Source of the DNA: the human T2T-CHM13v2.0 reference genome, Homo sapiens
Strand: one strand, 5' to 3'
Length of the DNA stretch: 64,000 nucleotides
NCBI RefSeq assembly: GCF_009914755.1
Contig: NC_060938.1
Shown here: positions 29,833 to 41,883 of the stretch, piece by piece
Layout: the number at the start of each line of letters is the position of its first letter
Position numbering within the stretch: position 1 is the stretch's first letter
Notes under the pieces: model-generated
The model's database searches: none
What the model was told of the DNA's origin: nothing
The model's input: only the letters and a program-made list of their open reading frames with translations
Position numbers and translations under genes: made by a program

Positions 29833-30817
29833 TGTGGGGGAAAGGAAGAGAGATCAGACTGTTACTGTGTCTATGTCGAAAAAGGAAGACATAAGAAACT
29901 ACATTTTGATCTGTACTAAGAAAAATTGTTCTGCTTTGAGATGCTGTTAACCTGTAACTTTAGCCCCAACCCTGTGCTCACAGAAACATGTGCTGTATTG
30001 AATCAAGGTTTAAGGGATTTAGGGCTATGCAGGATATGCCTTGTTAACAATATGTTTGCAGGCAGTGTGCTTGGTAGAAGTCATTGCCATTCTCCATTCT
30101 TCATTAACCAGGGACACGATGCGTGGTGGAAAGCCGCAGGGACCTCTGCCTGAGAAAGCCTGGGTATTGTCCAAGGTTTCTCCCCACTGAGATAGCCAGA
30201 GATATGGCCTCGTGGGAAGGGAAAGACCTTACCGTCCCCCAGCCCGACACCTGTAAAGGGTCTGTGCTGAGGAGGATTAGTAAAAGAGGAAGGCCTCTTT
30301 GTAGTTGAGATAAGAGGAAGGCCTCTGTTTCCTGCATATCCTTGGGAATGGAATGTCTGGTGTAAAGGCGACCATTCATTCTATTCTGAGATAGGAGAAA
30401 ACCACCCTGTGGCTGGAGGCGAGATATACTAGTGGTGATAGTGCTCTCTTACTCTTTGCTACACTGAGATGTTTGGGTAAAGAGAAACGTAAATCTAGCC
30501 TACATGCATAATCGGGCACAGTACCTTCCCTTGAACTTATTTATGACGCAGATTCCTTTGCCCATGTTTTCCTGCTGACCTTCTTCCCACCATCACTCTG
30601 TTCTCCTGCTGCACTCCCCGTGCTGAGATAGTGAAAATAGTAGTCAACAAATACTGAGGGAACTCAGAGACCAGTGCCGGTGCAGGTCCTCGCATGCTGA
30701 GTGTGCCAGTCCCCTGGGCCCACTGTTCTTTCTCTATACTTTGTCTTTGTGTCTTATTTCTTTTCTCAGTCTCTCGTCTCCATCTAACGAGAAATGCCCA
30801 CAGGTGTGGAGGGGCAG
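29833..30817 (+). mobile_element. HERV-K(HML-2) solo LTR (LTR5A/LTR5B type), last bases missing
   Basis: TGTGGGGGAAAGGAAGAGAGATCAGACTGTTACTGTGTC...CCCACAGGTGTGGAGGGGCAG; homologous to the SINE-R of the nearby SVA. Confidence 0.92.
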
Positions 30818-33464
30818 AGAACTTCCCAAACCTAGAGAAAGTTATCAATATGTAACTACAAGAAGTTGATGAAACACTAAGCAGTTTTAACCAAAAGACT
30901 ACCTCAAGGCATTTAATAACCAATCTCCCAAAGGCCAAGGATAAAGAAAGGATTCTAAAAGTAGCAAAAGCAGATTTTTCAATAGAAACCTTATTAGCCA
31001 GGAGAGAGTGGTATGACATATTTAAAGTGCTGAAGGAAAAAAAAAAAACCTTTTACCCTAGAGTAGTTTATCTCATTGAAATATCCTTTAAACATGAAGG
31101 AGAAGTAAAGACTTTCTTAGACAAAAGCTGAGGGATTTCTTCAACACCAGACCTGTCCTGTTAGAAATGCTAAAGGAAGTACTTCCATCAGAAAGAAAAG
31201 GAGGACATTAAAAAGCAGTAAAATACCATCTGAAGGTAGAAAACTAGCTGCTAACAGTGCACAGAAAAACAGAATATTTATAAGACTGTAACTATGGTGT
31301 GTAAACTACTCTTAAGTAGAAAGACTAAACAATGAAACAATAAAAAATAAGACTACAACAACTTTTCAAGACATAGTACAATAAGACATAAGCAGAAAAA
31401 AATGTTAAAAAGCTGGGGAAGGAAGTTAAGGTTTTTATTAAGTAAAGTTACGTTTTTATTGGGTTTCTCTTTGCTTGTTTGTTTGTTTATGCAAACAGTG
31501 TTGTTGTTATCAGCTTAAAAGCATGGGTTATAAGATAGCAATTGCAAACCTCATAGTAACCCCATATTAAAAAACCATACACCAGATATACAATAAATAA
31601 AAAGCAAGAAATTAATTCACACCACTAGAGAAAATCACCTTCAATAAAAGCAAGACCAGAAGGAAGACAAGACGAAAGAGAAAATCACAAAGCAACCAGA
31701 AAACAAATAATAAAATGGTATGAATAGTCCTTACTCATCAACTTTAATGAGTAATAATAACATTGAATGTAAATGAACTAAACTCTCCAATTAAAAGACA
31801 TAGAGTGGCTGAATGAATTAAATAACAAGATCCAGTGATCTGTTGCCTATAAGAAACATACTTCACCTGTAAAAATACACATAGATGGAAACTAAAGGGA
31901 TTGAAAAGACCCTGTATAAATAGAAACTGAAAAAGAGTGGGAGTAGCTACATTTATATGAGACAGAATAGGTTTCAAGACAAAAACTATAGGAAGAGACA
32001 AAGAAAGTCACTATATTATGATAAAGGAGTCAATTCAACAAGAGGATATAACAATTGTAAAAATATATGCACCTAACACTAGCACCCAGATATTTAAAGC
32101 AAATATTGTTAAAGCTAAAGAGAGAGAAATTTCTACCCCAATAAAATAATGGCTGGAGACTTCAAGACCCCACTTTCAGGATTTGACAAATCTTCCAGAC
32201 AGAAAATCAACAAGGAAACATCAAACTTAATCTGTGTTATAGACCAAATGGACCTATAGATATTTACAGAACATTTTACCCAATGGCTACAAAATACACA
32301 TTCTTATCCTTAGCACATGGATAATAAGGGAAAGACCATAAGGTAGGTCACAAACAAGTCTTAAAACATTCAAAAATAGAATATCAAGCATTTTATCTGA
32401 CAACGTAGAATATAACTAGAAATCAATAACAAGAGAAATTTAGAAAACTATACCAACCATGGAAATTAAACAATATGCTCCTAAATGACCAGTGGGTCAA
32501 TGAAGAAATTAAAAAGGAAATTGAAACATTTCTTGAAACAAATAATGATGAACACACACCATACCAAAATATATGTGATACAGTGAAAACTGTAAGATTA
32601 TATTATCTATAATATATATTACCTTCTATGGTGATAAAATTTAACATCGTTTCATGATAAAAACCATAAAGAAAAAAATCTGGATGTAGGAGGAACATAT
32701 TTCAACAAATCGAAGCGATATATGACACACCGACAACTAGTATACTGAATGAGGGAAAACTGAAAGTCTTTCCTCTAAGATTGGGAACACAACAAATATG
32801 CCCACTTTCACCACTGTTATTCAACACAGTACTAGAAGTCCTAGCTAGAGCAATCAGATAAGAGAAAGACATAAAGAGCAACAAAACTGGAAAGGAAGAA
32901 GTCAAATTATCCTGGCTTAGAGGTTATATAATCTTATATTTGGAAAAACCTAAAGATTCCACAAAAAAACTGTTGTAATTGGTAAACCAATTCAGTAAAG
33001 TTGCATGATGCAAAATCAACATACAGAAATCAGTAACATTTTTATATGCCAACAGTGAACAATCTGAAAAACAAATCAAGAAAGTAATCCCATTTACAAT
33101 AGCTACAAACAAAATAAAATACCTAGGAATTAACTTAAAGAAGTAAAAGATCTCTACAATGAAACTATAAAACGTTTATGCAAGAGATTGAAGAAGATAC
33201 AAAAAAATGGAAAAATATTTCATGTTCATAGGTTGGAAGAATCAATATTGTCAAAATGTCCATACTACCCTAAGCAATCTACAGATTTAATGCAATCACT
33301 ATCAAAATACCAATGACATTCTTCACAGAAATAGAAAAAAAAAATCCTTACAAAAAAAAATTGTAGGAACAAACAAAAGACCTAGAACAGCCAAAGCTAT
33401 CCTAAGTAAAAAGAACAAAACTGGAGGAATTGCATTACCTGACTTTAAATTATACTGCAGAGAT

Positions 33465-33777
33465 GGCAGAGTGTAGTGGCTCACCCCTGTAATCCTAGCA
33501 CTTTGGGAGGCTGAGGTGGGTGGATCACTTGAGGTCAGGAATTTAAGACCAGCCTGGTCAACATGGTGCAACCCCGTTTCTGCTAAAAATACAAAAATTA
33601 GCTAGGGGTGGTGGTGTGGGCCTGTAGTCCCAGCTACTCAGGAGGCTGAGGCAGGAGAATCACTTTAACCTGGGAGTGGGAGGTTGCAGTGAACCAAGAT
33701 CGTGCCATTGCACTCCAGCCTGGGCGACAGAGGGAGACTTTGTCTCAAAAAAAAAAAAAAAAAGAAGAAAAAAAAGA
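33465..33777 (+). mobile_element. Alu SINE (AluS) inserted in L1 ORF2
   Basis: Full dimer with poly(A); degenerate TSD TATACTGCAGAGAT / AATACTACAGAGCT. Confidence 0.95.
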
Positions 33778-34093
33778 AATACTACAGAGCTATAATAACC
33801 AAAGCAGCATGGTACTAGCATAAAAGCAGACATATAGATTAGTGAAACAGAACAGAAAACCCAGAGATAAATCCATACATCTATAGTGAACTTATTTTTG
33901 ACAAAGGTGCCAATAGCATATATGGGGGGAAAAGGACAGTCTTTTCAATAAATGGTGCTGGGAAAACTGGATATCCATATCCAAAAGAATGAAACTGGAC
34001 TCCTATCTCTCACCATATACAAAAATCAAATTAAAATGAATTAAAGACTTAAATCTAAGACCTTAAACTATGAAACTACTAAGAGAAAATACT

Positions 34094-34508
<415 letters not shown>

Positions 34509-35694
34509 TCACATCAAGTCAAAAAGTTTCTGCATAGCAAAGGAAACAATCAACAAAGTGAAGAGAGAGCCCACAGAGTGGGAGGAAATATTTGCAAACT
34601 AACCATCTGACAAGGGATTAATAGCCAGAATGTATCAAGAGCTCAACTCTATGGGGAAAAAAATATGATAATCTGATTTTTAAATGGGCAAAAAATTTGT
34701 ATAGACACTTTTTAAAAGAAGACAAACTGATGACAAACAGGTATATGAGAAAATGCCCAACATCATTAATCACCAGAGAAATGCAAATCAAAACTGCAAT
34801 AAGATGTTCTCTCACCCTAGTTAAAATGGCTTATATCCAAAAGTTAGGTAATGAGAAATGCTGGCAAGGACGTGGAGAAAAGGCAACCTTTGCACACTGT
34901 TGGTGGGAATGTAAATTAGTGCACTAATAGTTTGGATGTTCCTCAGAAAACTAAAAATAGAGTTACATAGGATCTAGCAATCTCACTGCTAGCGATATAC
35001 CAAAAAGAAAGAAAATCTGTATATCAAAGAGATATCTGCACTCCCATGTTTATTGCAGTACTATGCACAATAGTCAAGACTTGGAATCAACCTAAGTGTC
35101 CAGCAACAGATGAATGGATAAAGAAAATGTGGTACATATACACAATGAAACATTATTCTGCCATAAAAAGAATGAGATTCTGTCATTTGTTACAACATGA
35201 ATGGAACTGGAGGTCATTATGTTAAGTAAAATAAGCCAGGCACAGAAAGACAAACTGCATATGCTCACTTATTTGTGGGAGCTAAAAATTAAAATAATTG
35301 TACTCGTGGAGATAGAGAGTAGAAAGATGGTTACCAGAGGCTGGGAAGGGTAGTAGAAGCATTGGGGTAAGTGAGGATGGTTAATGGGTACAAAAAAAAT
35401 AGAAAGAATGAGTAACACCTAGTATTTGCTAGCAGAACAGGGTGAGTATAGTCAAAGACAATTTAATTGTACATTTAAAAATAACGATTATAATTTGATT
35501 GTTTGTCACACAAAGGATAAATGCTTGAAGTGATAGATACCCCATTTACCCTGGTGTGATTATTACCATTGCGTGCCTGTATCAAAATATCTCATGTAGC
35601 CCATATATACACTTACTATGTACCCATACACACACAAAAAAAACTAAACACAAAAAGAGATATATCCCTTGTAAAGATGTGAGGCAAGCCAATG

Positions 35695-36020
35695 GAGTGG
35701 CGGAATGGCTCCCTGCTAAATATTCGAATGTCCCCCCCCACCCTCTTGCAGTTAGATGAAGTCATGTAGCTGTTTGTGGCCAATGGGATGTGAAGGAAAG
35801 TGATATGGTCACTGTTCTGTGGTGACCATAGAAGCTGTGTTCTGGTGTGAAGGAACTACAACCTGGAAGCAGCCTAGATGGCTGAGCTACCATGAGAAGT
35901 ATACCTGCCCTTAAGAGCCACTTTGATTTGTAGTGAACACACTGCCCCAGTATGTTGAACCACTAATTTTTTTGTTTGTTTGTTTGTTTGTTTTGGGCAT
36001 AGCCTATCCTGATGAATAGG
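35695..36020 (+). mobile_element. ERVL-MaLR LTR remnant (MLT1I/J-like)
   Basis: CCTCTTGCAGTTAGATGAAGTCATGT...GGCCAATGGGATGTGA...GCATAGCCTATCCTGATGAATA. Confidence 0.65.
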
Positions 36021-36169
36021 CAGGATGGGACTGGCAGTTGGCAGTCCATCTGGCAGTTGGGATGACCATCAGTATGGCCAATTACCACTAGATTGAGCTC
36101 TGTGACATCCCTAGTAGGCAAACCCTACCCATGCATGCACAGCCTTTCAATTTCTAACTTTTAAACATA

Positions 36170-36830
36170 AATGGACAGCAAAATATTACTGTTAAGTAAA
36201 TGTCCTCATATTAGACAGATTGACTATCAAAAGCAAACAAAAACAGATCTCAAAGGAAATAGAAACAAAGCAGTGAGCAAAGGAAAATTTCCAAAAGGAT
36301 CTAGCTTATAACATTAAAGAAATGTGAGGAGATATTTTATTCCTGAAACAAAAACAAGTTGCTAATAATAAAAAAAAGGAATAATAAGTGAAAAGAGATC
36401 AAGAAGAACATTTGGGAATAAAATTAAAGAAAAGCAGCTGAAATTAAACTTCAGTAAAAGGGTTGGAAATAAAGTTAGAAAAATCTTCCAGAGAGAAATG
36501 GAAAACAGGGAAAAATGAAGGTAAAGTTAGAGAAGAAAGTGAAAAAGTGAGATGTTAAAAGAGTGCTAAATCATCTCGTTGCAAAATAAAGTGTCAATAA
36601 CAATAATATCTAAACTTGCTTAAATCAAGAATTTTTGGTATAAGTATATACTTCAGAAATAAAGGGTAGCCAGAGGAAATAATGTAATGTTTGAGAAGGA
36701 AAACTCAAGACAGGAAAAAGCAGGCAGAGGATGGCTATTTTTTTCATGAGAGGTTCTATTAGTGCTATTTAACTTTTAATGTTAGGTAATGCATTAATTG
36801 TATAAAATAATAACTTTAAAAAAATAAAAA
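36170..36830 (+). mobile_element. HAL1 / ancient L1 ORF1-like remnant
   Basis: A-rich coiled-coil-like segment and a HAL1-like 3' end (GCTATTTAACTTTTAA...GCATTAATTGTATAAAATAA). Confidence 0.55.
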
Positions 36831-36856
36831 TTTCTTATTGCTATTTTCCTCTTACC

Positions 36857-37086
36857 CTGTTTTTCTCACCCATGCATGGCACTATTGACATGTTGAACCA
36901 GATATTTCTTTGTTGTGAGGGCCGTCCTGTGTGTTGGAGGATGTTTAGCAGCATTCCTGGTCACTAGGGGTTGATTCAGTGGCACCTCTCTCCTCCATCC
37001 ATTTACATTAATAACAACTAAAAATCTCTCTAGACACTGTCAAATCCCCTGGGGGATAAAATTGACCCCTGGTTTGGGAACCACTG
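36857..37086. mobile_element. MER20 (hAT-Charlie) DNA transposon
   Basis: GGCACTATTGACAT...GGATGTTTAGCAGCATTCCTGG...AGACACTGTCAAAT...GGGAACCACTG. Confidence 0.85.
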
Positions 37087-39121
37087 ATTTGAATCTACAC
37101 AATACTAACATTAAAAACAAACAAAAACCAGAGGCACAAAAGCTCTCCAAATGTCCACCAACATGTCAAAAGCATTTAGAATTCACTTTGAATTGTAAAA
37201 TTTCTTACGAGTCCGTAGGCTTTGAAATGTAGGTCTTAGGATCCATATATTTAAATTTGTGATGTATTGTGTTGCAGGGGTAATGCTGTTTGACTAAAAT
37301 TAAGATCTTAATACCCACTGTGTGCTTTGACTTTCATTTTAGCTACCGTGAATTGATGAGCAAATCTAACATAGGAGGCATCCTCTTGAGTCCCTGCTGG
37401 ATAGTAAGCACACCCCTGTCATTCAAATGTTGCTGAATAATAATCCACTGTTCTAAAGAAAAGACCTAACTATGGATGGGATATAATTAAAAATAACAAG
37501 CTGTGTATTCTGGTTACAACAGTAGCAAGTTTGGCTTTGTGTGGCTGAGCTGTTTGGAGGAAGATCCTGCAGTTTTAGCAGGACTCCTCTCATGTCCATA
37601 TTAATCAATGCTCTTGTGGTCAATCAGAAGTTTGACTGATGCTTTCATGTGGATAGAGTAACTCTGCCAGCTAAGAATAGAATAATAACACAGAGAAGAG
37701 ATAATAATAGACAGTTGGCAGTTTTAATGGACACAGCCTTCCTTCTGGAGAGCTTGTCAACCTTGGTTAAGGAGTCAGTAGGCTGATTTCTGTTTAATTT
37801 GGGCATATGACATCCAGGATTTCATTTCTTTGCATGGCTAATGACCTGGTCGAGGAACCAAATATCAAGTAGTGTGTTCACATTCATGAAATTGAAAATA
37901 ATGTTTTCTCAGTGTTTGGGGGCATATTTTCTTGTTCCACTTTCATAAAGTGTGATTTTTATAGCAAAGTAAGGGAGAGAGACCCCTTAAAAAGAAGTCT
38001 TCCTAGTGATTAACTTATTATTTTAAGTTTTTAACATTACAGCAATTTAGAATTTCTTTGTACTTTATTTTATCTTCTCTTTTGCATGAGGGCATTTTCC
38101 TGTGTTTGGGTAACTGACCCATCTTTTCCCTTGGAAATGCTGATAGATTTTGCCTATTCCCTTAGCAGCTAGACTCTTGGGTTTGATTTGCTCCAGGCAC
38201 TTAAAAAAAAAACGGAGAAATTTTCTTTATATTCTTGTTTTTTACTTTCCTTAGGCCTGTGGCATCTCTGGAGTGCTGTGCAGCAGATGGAGAAATGAAG
38301 CCTGCTGTTTCAGCTCATGAAAAGCTTACCTTAGTGATTCAAACTGGAGATCAAAGAACTTCATGGGTTTATAAGACAGATATATCAAGATCCAATCATA
38401 TAGAATTGCTAATTTTTCATAAATCTACACAAAGGCAGCCTAGTCAAAGGCAATATATGCATCCTTTTCCATTAAAAAAGTAACAGAATGTAATTTTCAG
38501 GAGCATAAAGACTATTCATTTTCATGAATGTAGATTTGTGCTCAGAAATGGAATTGCAAACTTATTCAAGAGCTTAACAAAGTAAAGCTACATTTGGTTA
38601 AATGAAAGCAAATAGTGGAGAACAATATTTTTGAAACATGTTATTCTTTCAGCTAACATGAGTAAATGAGGAGTAGAAATGACAATTCTGCCTGTGTGTC
38701 AAATAAGCAAGCTTCTTAGGACATAAAGAGGTTAGAGGCTGAGATAAAAAGAAATTGATTTGGAAAATTGGAGAAATTCACAGTTAAGTAGTTAATTGGT
38801 AACTATTCCTGCTGCTAGCTTCTTCCGTAAGGAAACCTACAGGTAGCATTCTATACCATATTGGCTCTTCTGGACTGGCCAGACACGTGAGAGGTGTTGA
38901 ATGAACTATTAATAAAAAAGCTCACCACATTTACATATGATCATCCTTGAAATGGAGATGACTAAACTATGGGAGTTGTTCAAAATGATTGAAACTTTGA
39001 AAAGAACCCACCTTTTGTAGTGATCCATCTAGTTGTTCAGGGAGTTAATGGGTAAAACAGATATTCCCAAGCAGTCATTTGCTGGAGGAAATGTACTGCT
39101 TCATCTTTATGTTCCTGGTTC

Positions 39122-39420
39122 TTACATTCAGCAAATTTTTACTGAGCATTTATTATGTTCCAAGTATCATGGCTGGTACTAGGAATACAGAGATACACAG
39201 TTGTTGACCTCAAGAAACTAATATTGTCGTGGAATGAAAGACATATTAACAGATATTTATGTTACTGTGATAAGTGCTAAGATGGAGCCATACCTAAGTC
39301 AGGCTGAAGGAGATGTTTGGAGTCAGATAAAGGGTTTGAGAGAAGAAAATATATCAGACACATCTTAAAGGACCAGAGACATATAGTCTGCTGAGGAAGA
39401 GGAATCAGGCATTTCAGGAA
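39122..39420 (-). mobile_element. L2 LINE remnant
   Basis: CATTCAGCAAATTTTTACTGAGCATTTATTATGTTCCAAG reverse L2 terminus. Confidence 0.7.
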
Positions 39421-39522
39421 TTTGGGTCTAGGCTTTTCTCCACTTTGTTGCTCCTTGGAACTTAGGTTGGGGTTGAAGAAGAGTTGTGAGATGTATTTCT
39501 ATTGGTTTATGAGGAAGGGGTC

Positions 39523-39947
39523 TGTCTTAGTCTGTTTTATGTTACTTATAACGGAATACCTAAAACTGGGTAATTTGTAAGACATGAAATTTGTTTCCTT
39601 ACAGTTCTGGAGGCTTGAAAGTCCAAGGTCAAGTGGATGCAACTGGTAAGACCATTCTTGCTGGTGGGGATTCTCTGCAGAGTCCTGAGGTAGTGTGGGA
39701 CATCACATGGTGAGGGGGCTGAGCATGCTAGATCAGGCCTCTTGCTCTGCTTTTAAAGCCACCAGTCCCATTCCCATGATAAACCATTAAACCATTAGCC
39801 CATTAATTCATTATTGGATTAATCCATTGATGAAGGCAGAACCCTCATGATCCAATCACCTCTTAAAGGCTTCACCTCTCAATACTGGTACATTGGTGAT
39901 TAAATTTCACATGAATTTTGGAGGGGACAAATGTTCAAACTATAGCA
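39523..39947 (-). mobile_element. ERVL-MaLR solo LTR (MST family)
   Basis: TGTCTTAGTCTGTTTT...ACAGTTCTGGAGGC...CAAACTATAGCA; flanked by GGTC(T) on both sides. Confidence 0.88.
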
Positions 39948-41570
39948 GGTCTTACCTTTGAGGGAGCTTCTCTGGAGGCTATCTAATATGAATACATTTG
40001 GCTTTGACCTAGGCCATTAGTTTATATCCTTCTCAGGATTCTCTTCCTTGTATTAAAGACAAAGGGTTTTTTTTTTTGCATGGTTTTTGATTTATTTCAA
40101 AAAGAACTATTTCATATGACATAACTTGAAGCCTATCATGGCAGTGAGGAAAAATTGTGTTGAAAAAATGACACAGCTAATTTATTTGATGAGGCAGTCA
40201 GAAAGATTAACGATTATTAGGCACCATTTAATGCATATGTTGACTGCTGCTTGCTTGTCTATTTGAAACCAGTCTTTAATCATAGATAAAAACAGGATTT
40301 GGCTATAGTTTCTAGTTGCTCTTGAATCATGGGCAGTGAGAGGCAATCTAGGACTTGAGTTAAAATACAAAATACTCTGACTTTTTTTGGATGGGCTATC
40401 TTTGCGGGCTAAACAGATTTCAAATAATTCATGGAAGGATCACATTATAAATAACCTGCTAGAGAACTTCATATAAAATTAGCTTTTATAAGCTTTTAAC
40501 CCAAATTTTTTATAATCAAAGGAATAAAAAGTACATTTTCAAGTAATAGAATCCAAATTTGTTTTGACTAAAGCTAGTGTAAATTTTTAGTACCAAACAA
40601 GAACGCATGCATTATCACAGCTTTTCCTCCATTATGACAAAACAACTTTGTCACGAAGCCCAGACAGATTATTTCTATAAGACCATAACATGAAATGCCA
40701 TTAGATGTCAAAGGCTTGCCAATTAAGGGTTTATCTTTGCAACAGAGGCAGCAGACACACAACAAAAACATGCCGTTTCCATTTCCTATAATCTGAGAAA
40801 CTTGCTAGCAGCAAATCAACTGTATGAATGAAATTGTATATCTCTATCAGCAAATAATTCACTCAAACCTGTCTTCCTTCAAAGCCCTTTTTCATGTTTT
40901 GTTTTTTTGCATATTTACTAATAACAAGTATAGGAACGTAGTAAGTCAGTTGGAGAAAGGCTCTTGCCTTCCTTATTATGTGAGAAATTTGTATGATAAA
41001 AGTGGATGTACTCTGGACAAAGGACTCTGGACTTCAGGGTGCTTACTAACTCAGAAAAGCTGGACTGGAACTTTAAAATAAAATGACAACTAACTATGTG
41101 GTTTAAGTCAAAACCTCTAAGGAATCTGAGATCGGCTGTGCTGTTATGGTCCCACTAGTATATAGATTTTTGTTTTCTGCTCCAAGTTACATTATTTACT
41201 TCAGCTCTAGCTTGTAGGTCCATGGCTGAGGTCTGACAAGTGGGTATGGCCTCTGCATTACTGGGAAACACCCAGGGAAGGAAAGGTGCAATAATTCATG
41301 TGGAAGGGGACCCTCTGCTTTAAAACAGGGCTGTGGCTTCTGGTGCTGCCTTTGTGTGACTTTTTAAAAGATGTCTCCTCTGAGTAGGGCAGATTTTGGA
41401 GAGCAGAGTACAAGTTGAATTTCACCCCTTACTCATCCCGTCAACCTTACCTGGTTGGTAATGCTGCTTGAGTGGCTGATGTTTTAAGAGGCTGTGAAGA
41501 GAAGCTTCCATAGTAGCTGCAGATGATCTGCAGAAAGCATCTGCCCTAGTTAAGTTTTATGTATAAGGTG

Positions 41571-41883
<313 letters not shown>

